From IMG/VR virus record IMGVR_UViG_3300028569_002824, positions 32,001 to 96,000 of that record: DNA of 64,000 nucleotides. One strand, given 5' to 3'. The position numbers and the translations under genes are program-made. Below the pieces are notes generated by a model. That model made no database searches, was not told the DNA's origin, and saw only the letters and a list, made by a program, of their open reading frames with translations. Each line of letters opens with the position of its first letter. The first letter of the stretch is position 1. Below are positions 28,632-37,748 of the stretch, in pieces. Origin of the DNA: a virus.

Positions 28632-29252
28632 TTATAAAATTCCTTTAATTCGCAAATACGTCGCTCCGCCTATTGCTATTAACAACCCCACAATAATTAA
28701 GTTTCTCTGGAGAAGAGCTAGATCTTTTTCGACTAACTTTTTTTGCATTATATTGAGATCGTTTATCATTTTATCTCTATTTTCAGCTTGTCTGATTAAT
28801 TCTTCATCAACCTGCTTTTTAGCATCAATCAGTCCGATAGTATCTCTCTGAATTTGAGCAAACGTTTCTTTATCCTTTAATAATTGTTGGTACTCTTCAG
28901 TATTAACAACTACGACAGTATCATGTCTGTATCTTTCTGGAATTACAATCATTCGTTGTTTATTAACAGGAACTGAGTCAAACTTACTACCGCTCGATAC
29001 GGTGCTTATGTGTATGTCAATTTTTTTATAAACAGCTTCTATAGGAATTCTGTTTTTTGGGGGTTTTACAATTCTCGTAGCTTCTGTAATATATTTGTCC
29101 GTTAAATCTATCCTCGCTACTTCTAAAGAATCTTTAGACGCATATACAACTTTCGACAAAGCTTCGGACTGTTTTTCAGTGTATACAGTACAGCTAGATG
29201 TTATTAACAACACCATTATTGCCATGCAAAGAGTCTTGTGATATTTACTCAT
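28632..29252 (-). CDS. Lipoprotein with coiled coil and C-terminal TM, unimolecular-spanin candidate
   Basis: Signal peptide with a lipobox-like ITSSC; C-terminal LIIVGLLIAIGGATYL; TAAGTA upstream. Confidence 0.55.
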   Translation of the reverse strand: MSKYHKTLCMAIMVLLITSSCTVYTEKQSEALSKVVYASKDSLEVARIDLTDKYITEATRIVKPPKNRIPIEAVYKKIDIHISTVSSGSKFDSVPVNKQRMIVIPERYRHDTVVVVNTEEYQQLLKDKETFAQIQRDTIGLIDAKKQVDEELIRQAENRDKMINDLNIMQKKLVEKDLALLQRNLIIVGLLIAIGGATYLRIKGIL

Positions 29253-29306
29253 TACAAATACTTATGCTAAACTGTAAATTTAACTTAGATGAAACTTAAA
29301 ACCACG

Positions 29307-29510
29307 TCACATCGTACCCAACTCTAAGTTCGTGTCAATAATTTTTTGCAGTTTTTCCTCATGCAACTCAACAAGAGCGTCAATTGATTGTCTTTTAGAC
29401 CACATTTTAAATCTAAACTTTTCAACGATTGCTGCTAAATCATCCGTTAGTTCGTCAAGTGGAGGTTTAGTTAGCAAAAAATGAGCGACTTCTTCTATTG
29501 TCATGTGCAT
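29307..29510 (-). CDS. Hypothetical protein
   Basis: 67 aa behind TTGACA...TATACT. Confidence 0.5.
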   Translation of the reverse strand: MHMTIEEVAHFLLTKPPLDELTDDLAAIVEKFRFKMWSKRQSIDALVELHEEKLQKIIDTNLELGTM

Positions 29511-29554
29511 ATAGTATAATAATAATTTGAGTTGTCAATACAGCAGTTTTAAAA

Positions 29555-29996
29555 TGGTGGAGGTGAGGGGATTCGAACCCCTGTTTTTATAATCTCTGCT
29601 AAAAGATACTACATGCTTTAATGAATTTGACATTTGTTGACTAAAGGCTGTCTTGGCTCATTGACCATGCTTTTTAAGTCTGCCTGTATGTGTGAATAAA
29701 GATCACATACTACCTATGACTAGTTTTACCGCGTTAGTCATCTCACGCAAGAACCTCTGCGTTTCAAAATACTTTTAGAGGATCCAGTATTAGGCTCTTA
29801 AGCTTCGAGAGAATAAGCTTCATCAGCGGTAACGAGAAACTCGCTAGCGTTGTTAAAGATATACTCCGCCTCAGCAAAGAGGTCAGAATTATCAAGTTCT
29901 GCATTTAGGTTTTTAATAGATGTTTAAAGAGGCCAACTATTATCCTCTACATGCACTTTTAGTTTTTAATTATAAATCGAAAACCAGTACACCCCC
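29555..29996 (-). ncRNA. ssrA: tmRNA
   Basis: 5' GGGGGUGUACUGGUUUUCGA and 3' CAGGGGUUCGAAUCCCCUCACCUCCACCA form a 7-bp acceptor stem with G3-U70, a T-arm and encoded CCA. Resume context CUAAAU-GCA. Confidence 0.95.
29798..29902 (-). other. tmRNA tag reading frame: AELDNSDLFAEAEYIFNNASEFLVTADEAYSLEA*
   Basis: 34 codons plus TAA, read from the GCA resume codon at 29902. Confidence 0.8.
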
Positions 29997-30018
29997 AAAA
30001 TTTCAAAGATCTGTTTTT

Positions 30019-30046
30019 ATTGTATTACTTAATCTAAAACTGTCAA
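30019..30046 (-). promoter_or_regulatory. tmRNA promoter: sigma70-like with an embedded TAAGTA
   Basis: TTGACA (30046-30041), 16 nt, TACAAT (30024-30019); TAAGTA at 30031-30026. Confidence 0.7.
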
Positions 30047-30055
30047 CAGCTAATG

Positions 30056-30538
30056 TTATTGGACGTGAGTTGGAATGTGTAATTGCAAAATAGTATCATC
30101 ACCATATTTCTCAAATGCTTCGTCAACATCCTTATTGTGTGCAGTTATGGCGTCATCAATAACAGAAAGCGTTTCACTTAAATCGCTTACTGATGGATGG
30201 CTCGTGCTAAACAATGACTCGATTCCGCATCTGTTTATTAATAATTCCTCTAAGAAGGAGCTAGTGTGTTCATCGAATTCAAAATTCCACCCAATTACAA
30301 TCGGCCATTCACCTACTCCTCTCCACGAACACTGCAAGCTAACCAGCCGCGGAATATTTACGTTTATTGGACGTTGAGTATCCATCAATAGATTACTTCT
30401 GGACTTCTGTAACGTCGTAACAAGAGCGGTAAATTCTGGGTTTTGCTCTTCAAGCACACGAACTTCTTGTTGTATACAGGCTATTTGCGCAGCTAACTCT
30501 TCGAGTTGTTTTTGCTTCTGTAGTATATTTAACTGCAT
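30056..30538 (-). CDS. Hypothetical protein
   Basis: 160-aa ORF with an N-terminal coiled coil. Confidence 0.55.
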   Translation of the reverse strand: MQLNILQKQKQLEELAAQIACIQQEVRVLEEQNPEFTALVTTLQKSRSNLLMDTQRPINVNIPRLVSLQCSWRGVGEWPIVIGWNFEFDEHTSSFLEELLINRCGIESLFSTSHPSVSDLSETLSVIDDAITAHNKDVDEAFEKYGDDTILQLHIPTHVQ

Positions 30539-30607
30539 ATCTTGATCATTGCTTATAGCAAAACTACAAAAAATTCAACTGGTACACACAAAACATTAAA
30601 TAACATT

Positions 30608-31159
30608 ATGAAGTTTATTGATACATTACTAGCAAATAGCTCTCAACAAGAAGCAAAATTATACGGACCCTCAGAAAAAGCTGCTGTTAAACCTGATACA
30701 GGAATAACAATACAAAATCCTGGAGCATTTCATGTAATAAAAGATTGTGCAAGACTTGCTCATGGTTATATTCCGTTGTTTGTATTCGAATACTTTCCAT
30801 CTCCATTTGATACATTAAAAGGAAAATTTACAAAGGAAGATATAATAGAATTAGTTGACGCAGCAAAAACAGATGTGTTTATAAAACATTTAATAACAGT
30901 TATTGTGATTAAAGCCGCTCAAATATTTCCAGAAGTCATCTTAAACTCTTCTGGTAGTTATGTGCCACCACCGGTTCCAGCACCGTTAGATTACATTCCT
31001 TTTAATCAAACCGATAATGTTAATTTAGACGAAATTCATGATCCGTACGGAGAATATAGTGTAAGCGAACAGAAGACCGTTTCTATAGGAACTCCAGAGG
31101 TATTGGACAATACACAAGCTAATATAGCTCTTTTAGTGAGAGCGTTTGATTGCAAATAA
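30608..31159 (+). CDS. Hypothetical late protein (start ATG 30608)
   Basis: TAAATA at 30597-30602 precedes MKFIDTLL. Confidence 0.6.
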   Translation: MKFIDTLLANSSQQEAKLYGPSEKAAVKPDTGITIQNPGAFHVIKDCARLAHGYIPLFVFEYFPSPFDTLKGKFTKEDIIELVDAAKTDVFIKHLITVIVIKAAQIFPEVILNSSGSYVPPPVPAPLDYIPFNQTDNVNLDEIHDPYGEYSVSEQKTVSIGTPEVLDNTQANIALLVRAFDCK

Positions 31160-31852
31160 TCAGGGTTGCAACTTATTATAACCAAACAATGTAAAATCGT
31201 CGTGGTAAAGATCATTAATCAGTTTTATTGATTCGCTGTCAAGAAAATTAAAATAGTTAGGAGATTCCCTTTGATGTTTTACTGGGTGACTTTGATTCCA
31301 AAAACGATTAAATTTGGAAAACACACACTCAAGTTGTCGCAAGCTATCTGTTAATGCTTCGGTTTTTAATACAATAAACCGATCATCGATTGTGTTTTGT
31401 TGATTTAATAAAAATACATATTGAGGGAAAACATGATATGCTCCCCAATTTGGTGTTTTAAGCAATATACGTAATTGTTTGTTTATTACGTCAACTGAAT
31501 CTGTAGGAACCGCACTTTTTCTCCAAAATAACTCACTAATAGCTCGATTGTATGGGTTTCTAACAACACTTAAAAATAGATCTACCTCGTCAATTTTTAC
31601 GTCAAGTTGCTTTTCGTGGGTAATGATTGTATTAAATGACTGATGCTGTGAATGAATTTTTTTTAAATTACAATCTGAAAACTCACGTCTTTCTGAAAGG
31701 GGCGTTCCGGCCGGAGTAAATAAAGTCTCTGTGTATTTGCCTGTACTTCTTATGTGAGACTCAATAGAAGTTCCTCCTGTTTTTGGAATATGTATAAATA
31801 ATATTTTATTAAACTTAACATCAGAGTCAGCAATTGACGTATAACAAGGCAT
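31160..31852 (-). CDS. Sulfotransferase family 2 protein
   Basis: 5'-PSB motif FIHIPKTGGTS, 3'-PB motif VVRNPYNRAIS, C-terminal Y..DF.LFGY; TAAATA upstream. Confidence 0.85.
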   Translation of the reverse strand: MPCYTSIADSDVKFNKILFIHIPKTGGTSIESHIRSTGKYTETLFTPAGTPLSERREFSDCNLKKIHSQHQSFNTIITHEKQLDVKIDEVDLFLSVVRNPYNRAISELFWRKSAVPTDSVDVINKQLRILLKTPNWGAYHVFPQYVFLLNQQNTIDDRFIVLKTEALTDSLRQLECVFSKFNRFWNQSHPVKHQRESPNYFNFLDSESIKLINDLYHDDFTLFGYNKLQP

Positions 31853-31859
31853 ACTTTAT

Positions 31860-32063
31860 TTACCACCCCTCATCAAACCATCCAGCTTCTTTTCCGTTCT
31901 CCAAGCACGGTGAACACACAGCATATTGATTATTATTTATTAATGAGCCGCACATTGTGCATAGAGTATCATGCTTCGTGGAGTTCTGTTGTTGTGTGTG
32001 AGTGGGAGAGTTAGATTTGTCTAGTGACTTGCAACTATCTAAATAATCTTGAATAGATGGCAT
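31860..32063 (-). CDS. Small CxxC...CxxC zinc-binding protein
   Basis: CTMC and CSPC motifs. Confidence 0.5.
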   Translation of the reverse strand: MPSIQDYLDSCKSLDKSNSPTHTQQQNSTKHDTLCTMCGSLINNNQYAVCSPCLENGKEAGWFDEGW

Positions 32064-32096
32064 ATGAATTTAATTAACGAATGGTAGTAAAAAATT

Positions 32097-32642
32097 TTAC
32101 GACCACCCACCAGTAAACAATTCCTTTCCTGTTTCTTTTTTCCATTTAGTAACAGGCTCTATTAAGTCTACTTTTAGACGGTCAGACGCAAACCTAAGCA
32201 TCCTTAAGTTGGGCCAAGCTTGGTAACGGACCTTAATAATTTCACGCAGTGCTTGTTCGGGGGTTTTACCCTGCATAACCCACGCAATAATTCCTATTGC
32301 AGTAGATCTTGACACTCCAGCAAAACAGTTGACCCCAAGATTAAAAATTTTGTCTGAGTCTATTAAAGGTTGGATGAACGATATAATGCTATTAACGTGT
32401 TGAACTTGTGGTCCCTGTTCTTCTATATGTTTTTGAATATACACATCATTATCTTCATCCGACCAATCAAAAAAGTATTGAGCAAAGTGTGGCGTTCCTC
32501 GTTGACTGAAGTTTTTCTTAATCATACGAATTTTATTTTGATCAGCCTCATCAACAGCAGATATCCACGCGTTTTGTTTAATTTCTTTAAAGGAAGCTGA
32601 AACAGCTGTATCTAAGTCTGTAATAATTATACTATGTATCAT
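32097..32642 (-). CDS. Cys-based (PTP/DSP-like) phosphatase
   Basis: CX5R loop VNCFAGVSRSTA; downstream WPNLRM. Confidence 0.8.
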   Translation of the reverse strand: MIHSIIITDLDTAVSASFKEIKQNAWISAVDEADQNKIRMIKKNFSQRGTPHFAQYFFDWSDEDNDVYIQKHIEEQGPQVQHVNSIISFIQPLIDSDKIFNLGVNCFAGVSRSTAIGIIAWVMQGKTPEQALREIIKVRYQAWPNLRMLRFASDRLKVDLIEPVTKWKKETGKELFTGGWS

Positions 32643-32839
32643 AAAGAGTTTAAAAATTGTTTGAGATCCCAGGCATATACTCCATGATCACCATTATCAA
32701 GAATAGGACACGTTTTACCTCTCATAAAATTATCCCACAATTCTACCAGCTCAAATGGAAGAACATACAGTATGTCGCTTTCTCTGATGTTGCTGGATTG
32801 GTGTGTTTTTTGTTCTAAGTGATTAATCCAGTTTTCCAT
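32639..32839 (-). CDS. Hypothetical protein
   Basis: 66 aa; FMRGKTCP..GVYAWD pattern. Confidence 0.5.
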   Translation of the reverse strand: MENWINHLEQKTHQSSNIRESDILYVLPFELVELWDNFMRGKTCPILDNGDHGVYAWDLKQFLNSL

Positions 32840-33089
32840 TAGGGCCTAATAACGTTATTGCTTTTTTTGTGTCAAATTCGACTTTTGTATACTCACTTAT
32901 TTTATTCAACAACTCTTTAGCAGAGGACTCGTATAAGTTATTGTGGTTAGACAAAATTACTTTACGTTCATTGTTTTGTTCGGTAATATATCCATATCCA
33001 TCTCCTTCCCAACCGTGATGAAGAACAGGAAATTTGTAAACAATAGTCCCAAATTGATCTTCTATACGTTGTTCTAATGAGGTCTTCAT
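32823..33089 (-). CDS. Hypothetical protein
   Basis: 88-aa coupled ORF. Confidence 0.5.
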   Translation of the reverse strand: MKTSLEQRIEDQFGTIVYKFPVLHHGWEGDGYGYITEQNNERKVILSNHNNLYESSAKELLNKISEYTKVEFDTKKAITLLGPNGKLD

Positions 33090-33704
33090 TTATAAAGGTT
33101 GTCCAACATTACGCTGTTGTTTAAATTTATCGTATAAAGATTTAATTTCTGGTGATTCCAACCAATTCAAAAAATCTTTGTCTAATAAATCATATTTAGA
33201 CACAAAGCCCCATGTTGTAACGGGCTTAGATGGAGCATCCTGTAACGTGTCTGACCAATTAAGTTTAAATCCGTATTCATCAACCACGTCCTCTTTGTTT
33301 TTATCCCAAGATCCAATAATACTGGGATATGGAGGATATGTAAATTCTGGATCATATTGACTTTGATCACTAATATAATCTTGCGTAAGCAATGAATCAC
33401 AAACTACGCTTGACAGATTAAAACTAAACGTATCCAAAGAATCAGTGGTATTGAAGGGTTCGTCATACGGACTAGCAAAAGCAGTCTCTAAATCAGGCTC
33501 AGACAAAATATTTAAACTAGGAGAGTATAAATGATTATACATATAATCTGTAGACAATCCCGAATTAGTTGAAATAGATTCTGATGCATTGGCATAGTTA
33601 TCTACTCTGTTCATTTTAGGCAAAGTAGATAATTTGCTTTTTGCTTTAATTAGGCTAATTTCTAGCTCTAAATCATCTACGCGTTCTTCGATATATTTTT
33701 TCAT
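33090..33704 (-). CDS. Hypothetical protein
   Basis: 204-aa acidic ORF. Confidence 0.5.
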   Translation of the reverse strand: MKKYIEERVDDLELEISLIKAKSKLSTLPKMNRVDNYANASESISTNSGLSTDYMYNHLYSPSLNILSEPDLETAFASPYDEPFNTTDSLDTFSFNLSSVVCDSLLTQDYISDQSQYDPEFTYPPYPSIIGSWDKNKEDVVDEYGFKLNWSDTLQDAPSKPVTTWGFVSKYDLLDKDFLNWLESPEIKSLYDKFKQQRNVGQPL

Positions 33705-33737
33705 AACATGTATAGTATATCCTTACTGAGAGTTTAA

Positions 33738-34022
33738 TCAACTTAGATCAAGCTGTTGTTGCAAATCTTCGTTTACAAAATCGTTATAATCTTTGCCTAA
33801 GTTCTCTAAGTGTTCAGTAAACATCAGATCTATGTTCGAATCCTCGTTATATACATAATCAAATATCCAATCATGCAGGCTTTCGTCTTTCAAATTTAAT
33901 TCATCTATTAACCCGTTAAAATAATTTTCTTGTACCGCTTGTAGTTCATTAATGAACGTTTTGACTTTTGTAATTACATCATCTGGATGATGTCCTGTTT
34001 TTGTATAATACTTTGGTTTCAT
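33738..34022 (-). CDS. Hypothetical protein
   Basis: 94-aa ORF. Confidence 0.5.
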   Translation of the reverse strand: MKPKYYTKTGHHPDDVITKVKTFINELQAVQENYFNGLIDELNLKDESLHDWIFDYVYNEDSNIDLMFTEHLENLGKDYNDFVNEDLQQQLDLS

Positions 34023-34771
34023 AAATTTTGATCTAAGACATACGGCTCTTCTACAATAACGTAGTAACCTTCGTCACACTTTTCTATTCTTGAAGTTTTA
34101 CCTTTAGGCAAAGGCGTTTTTTTAAATGCTTTATCAACAATAGACCACATGTCTTTATAATTTTGATTTTGCATGTGTAGCTCTATGCTTTTTTGGTATT
34201 GTTTTGGAATAATAAAAGATTTTTGAGGTTTCCAATAACCATTATTTTCAAAAATTTTTGGAATAGGTACATCTGATATCTGCATCGCTCCATCTCCAGA
34301 CACATCACAAATTCTTCTCGTTCCGTCATTTCTTTGATAGTGCTCGTATTGTTCAATAACCTTTTTAATTTCCCATGCAACAGTACCATCTTTGAGCTCT
34401 TTACATCCTACACCAAATGAAGAATTGGGATGGTCTAAATGCGGTCTGTTTTTTTTATTTTTCCATTCGTCACTTTCTTCTATAACAGATCCGTTGTCAT
34501 CGTATATATTATCGTATAGATCATAGAATCCACCATGCCCGTCATATTCTCTGTTTGGCGTAGGAGGAAAAACAATACACCTGACAACATTTTCAATAAA
34601 TTGACTCTCGTCGTAAGTAATATTCACATCCACAAACGCGTGATCAATCGCCATTTTAATTTGTCCGCTTCGAAGACGGCTGTAAACCTCCAATGCTGTC
34701 GTAAGAGTAGACAAATGTTTCTCATCAAACTCGATTAACACTTTTTTGAATTCAGTTTTTTTCTTTTTCAT
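34019..34771 (-). CDS. Hypothetical protein
   Basis: 250-aa ORF; ALEVYSRLRSGQ pattern. Confidence 0.55.
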   Translation of the reverse strand: MKKKKTEFKKVLIEFDEKHLSTLTTALEVYSRLRSGQIKMAIDHAFVDVNITYDESQFIENVVRCIVFPPTPNREYDGHGGFYDLYDNIYDDNGSVIEESDEWKNKKNRPHLDHPNSSFGVGCKELKDGTVAWEIKKVIEQYEHYQRNDGTRRICDVSGDGAMQISDVPIPKIFENNGYWKPQKSFIIPKQYQKSIELHMQNQNYKDMWSIVDKAFKKTPLPKGKTSRIEKCDEGYYVIVEEPYVLDQNL

Positions 34772-34926
34772 TGTATGTGATGATATTGATCTCCTACGTT
34801 AAATTTAAGAAACGTATCTCCATCGACTATTACTTCAGTAAGTCCCTCAAACTCATCTTCTACTATCATTGAATACCGCTTGAATATCCAAAATCCGCAA
34901 ACGTCTTTGTGTATTATTTTATTCAT
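34768..34926 (-). CDS. Small hypothetical protein (52 aa, not in the ORF track)
   Basis: MNKIIHKDVCGFWIFKRYSMIVEDEFEGLTEVIVDGDTFLKFNVGDQYHHIQ; ATGA overlap with the next gene. Confidence 0.55.
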   Translation of the reverse strand: MNKIIHKDVCGFWIFKRYSMIVEDEFEGLTEVIVDGDTFLKFNVGDQYHHIQ

Positions 34927-34990
34927 AATCTTATATGATACTCAAAAAATCCTCTATTGTTTTGCAATAAAATCTAGCATTAGATTAGAT

Positions 34991-35656
34991 TTATTTCTCA
35001 TGGTGTTTTAGAGTTATGACTCCACAATCATCAATTATAGCATACGTGATAGGTAGTTCACATTGAGATCCAAGATTTACGCACTCTATACCGCCAATAT
35101 AATATTGTTTTGGGACATGCGTGTGGCCAAAACAAACAGCATCATAATTGTTATTGTAACAATGTTGGGAAATTCTAATAGTTAACTCGTGGGCCGCTCC
35201 ATGCCAAGTCTTTATGTATTTTTTTAGTTTTCTCGTAAAATGTTGTTTTTTGTCTAATTTTTGCAATAGGTAATATACACCTGACGCAAGCTCCGTTAAC
35301 ACTGGTTTAGTGGTGATAAAGAAGTCCCATTTATCACCATGAGTAAATAAAATTCTCTTTTTATTTACTGTGTGCACATATTCTTCCACGAATTCAAAAC
35401 CAAGAAGAGCAGAAACTGTCTCTAAATCCTTGTCGTGGTTTCCTTTAATGAACACACAATGTTTTTTCTTTGAAATCTTTCTTAATTCTGAAAGCACTTT
35501 CCACTGCTTTTTGCATAGCCTATGAATATTATAACTATCTAATAAATCTCCGCATAAAATGAACGTGTCATAATTGTCTTGCTTGAGTATCTCTAGTGTG
35601 AGCTCAGCTTGACAAATTGGACTGCCGAGATGGATATCAGACAATGCTAGAATCAT
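34991..35656 (-). CDS. Calcineurin-like metallophosphoesterase (LpxH-like)
   Basis: SDIHLG, GDLLD, GNHD, HGD, GHTH. Confidence 0.85.
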   Translation of the reverse strand: MILALSDIHLGSPICQAELTLEILKQDNYDTFILCGDLLDSYNIHRLCKKQWKVLSELRKISKKKHCVFIKGNHDKDLETVSALLGFEFVEEYVHTVNKKRILFTHGDKWDFFITTKPVLTELASGVYYLLQKLDKKQHFTRKLKKYIKTWHGAAHELTIRISQHCYNNNYDAVCFGHTHVPKQYYIGGIECVNLGSQCELPITYAIIDDCGVITLKHHEK

Positions 35657-35657
35657 A

Positions 35658-36275
35658 TTATGTCCAAAAATAATCCCGACGAGCGATTAATTGCGTTAAA
35701 ATTTCTGTATCTTTTTCTTCTATTAGCTTTTCTATGCGATTTACTTCTCCGTACTTTACCTCGTAAGGAATACCATCATCTTTAAATTGATATAGTTTTC
35801 TTCCTTGTTCGTCTGTAGTTTCCTCGAACATATCAAACAAATCGCCCTCTCTTTCTGGATAGGCGTTGTCTTTCTCCTTTTCTAGCTCAGGTCTTCTTTT
35901 AGTTATCCATTTATAGGAAAGTTCTAACCAACGTGCAAACTCTTGATGATGCTCTGTTGCAGACCAATCAACGACACCATCAACATATTCATCTTCATAA
36001 AAGGCTTTAATAAATTCAAAATTAACATTAACGATCAAACCGGATATATCACTCCATTGTTTAGGTATGGCCTTACGTATTCTAGAATTGCTTGGTTTAA
36101 AAATAGGTTTAATACTATCATAATACCACATATTCCATTTATACGGAAGAATATCCCACATATCCCAAATACCAAACTTTTCGAATAGAAAACTGCGAAC
36201 ATTGTAACACACGCTTTTGTTTTCTGTAAATTCTTTTAAACAGTGATTTTTTGCCATAAATTGTTCGTTGGTCAT
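35658..36275 (-). CDS. Hypothetical phage protein
   Basis: 205-aa ORF ending RDYFWT. Confidence 0.55.
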   Translation of the reverse strand: MTNEQFMAKNHCLKEFTENKSVCYNVRSFLFEKFGIWDMWDILPYKWNMWYYDSIKPIFKPSNSRIRKAIPKQWSDISGLIVNVNFEFIKAFYEDEYVDGVVDWSATEHHQEFARWLELSYKWITKRRPELEKEKDNAYPEREGDLFDMFEETTDEQGRKLYQFKDDGIPYEVKYGEVNRIEKLIEEKDTEILTQLIARRDYFWT

Positions 36276-36586
36276 ACCTCAGGGGATGTTGTATTTAAGT
36301 TGTGTTTTACTTCCTCCCAGAGTGAAGGAATGTCATAGCAAATTTCGTTTCCGTCTTTATCGTTTGCTAAATTAACTTTGTTTGTGAAGCCGATTCTTTC
36401 GTATAAATACCAATCGATCCAGTCCTTACCTTCTGTATCAAATACAACATTCAACAAATTTGTAATAACAGTTTGATATATATCATCATAGTCTATTAAG
36501 TTTACACCTAGCGTATATAGGGTATGAGACCGGTCTCTTGCTTTCTCTAAACTCTCGATGCTGATTTTAAATTGTTCGTAATTCAT
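36272..36586 (-). CDS. Hypothetical phage protein
   Basis: DWIDWYLYE pattern. Confidence 0.55.
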   Translation of the reverse strand: MNYEQFKISIESLEKARDRSHTLYTLGVNLIDYDDIYQTVITNLLNVVFDTEGKDWIDWYLYERIGFTNKVNLANDKDGNEICYDIPSLWEEVKHNLNTTSPEV

Positions 36587-36588
36587 GT

Positions 36589-37185
36589 TTATGTGTGGTC
36601 TGATAAGCGTTCATATTCGACTTTAGCATCCACTGCTTCTGAATAAAGTCCAGGACCAATAACCAAAATTTTAGAATCTTGAGCAATTGCCAATAAATGC
36701 AAAACTACTCCATAAAGCTTTTTAGCAACATTTTCCCAATTTTGCTTTTCTTCTTGTTCTTTATGCCATAGGGCGTCAGTCTTAGATAAGATAGAGCATA
36801 ATGATGTGACCTGACTTTTCACGACATCAACATCACAAGATTCTAACTCCTTTATTCGTGTTTCTAACTCTACATTTAGTAGAGCAACTGGCTCACACGC
36901 ATAACAACATCCTTCAAATCCGGACTTGAGGTCAACAATCCTCTGCTTAAGCTCCTCAATTGCTGATTTTGCATTATCTATATCAAAGGTGTCGTAGTTT
37001 GCGCGTAAATTAAGATATTCTTTTTTTGCAAACATTTGCTCTTGTAAAATTTGCTCTTTTAGATTGTCAATTTCTTGTTCTGCTGCTTGTAGTTTATTGC
37101 TGCAACTTATAAAATAACTATCAGCTAATTTTAAGTCTTCTTTAAGAAGCGTGAGTTTTTCTTTTAATTTTCTTTCCGTATTCAT
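36589..37185 (-). CDS. Coiled-coil hypothetical protein
   Basis: Heptad pattern with CCYAC. Confidence 0.55.
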   Translation of the reverse strand: MNTERKLKEKLTLLKEDLKLADSYFISCSNKLQAAEQEIDNLKEQILQEQMFAKKEYLNLRANYDTFDIDNAKSAIEELKQRIVDLKSGFEGCCYACEPVALLNVELETRIKELESCDVDVVKSQVTSLCSILSKTDALWHKEQEEKQNWENVAKKLYGVVLHLLAIAQDSKILVIGPGLYSEAVDAKVEYERLSDHT

Positions 37186-37213
37186 ACTTGAGTATTAACA
37201 TTAACGATTACGT

Positions 37214-37432
37214 TCAAAGCACAGTAATCCTTTTGTGTGATGCTTCTGCTAGTTCTTCGGTTTGATCATCAACAGATTCAAAGATTCTCATGACAAGCGG
37301 AGATTCAGGATTTGCGTTAAACAAAACGTCGTTGATAAGAGGAAGGGTTTTTTGTGCCTTCTCTTTAGTTGAAAAATTACCTATAACAGTTACCCAATTC
37401 CCTTTATTTATGTATTGTATGTCGTATGTCAT
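37214..37432 (-). CDS. Hypothetical protein
   Basis: ORF with probable start at MTYDIQ. Confidence 0.45.
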   Translation of the reverse strand: MTYDIQYINKGNWVTVIGNFSTKEKAQKTLPLINDVLFNANPESPLVMRIFESVDDQTEELAEASHKRITVL

Positions 37433-37464
37433 GCTGTGAATAATACGAGTTAATATAGGACACG

Positions 37465-37665
37465 TCAATCAAAAAAACCTTCTTCTTTTAAATAATTGTC
37501 GATTCGTAAAACATCACTTTCTGATACATCACAACATTCACATCGCAAGGAATTCATGTAATTTAAAGTCAAATTCAAAGATGCAACGCACCTCTTTCCG
37601 TTATAGTCAAAAACTATATTTCTTCGCACACAACTATTCAGCATAAGTTGAATGTCACTCATCAT
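37465..37665 (-). CDS. Hypothetical protein
   Basis: 66 aa ending YLKEEGFFD, like ORF 54435-54626. Confidence 0.45.
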   Translation of the reverse strand: MMSDIQLMLNSCVRRNIVFDYNGKRCVASLNLTLNYMNSLRCECCDVSESDVLRIDNYLKEEGFFD

Positions 37666-37748
37666 TCATGTGATTTTTACAACTCCAAATGACGTAAGCA
37701 CATATTAAAAAGCTAATTAAAGCTATAAATGCGGTTATTTTGATCACA

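Noticed and set aside
29555-29590. Apparent tRNA 3' half (T-arm plus CCA)
   Set aside because: Its pairing 5' end lies ~440 nt away with a tag frame in between, so it is the tmRNA rather than a tRNA or an attachment-site remnant
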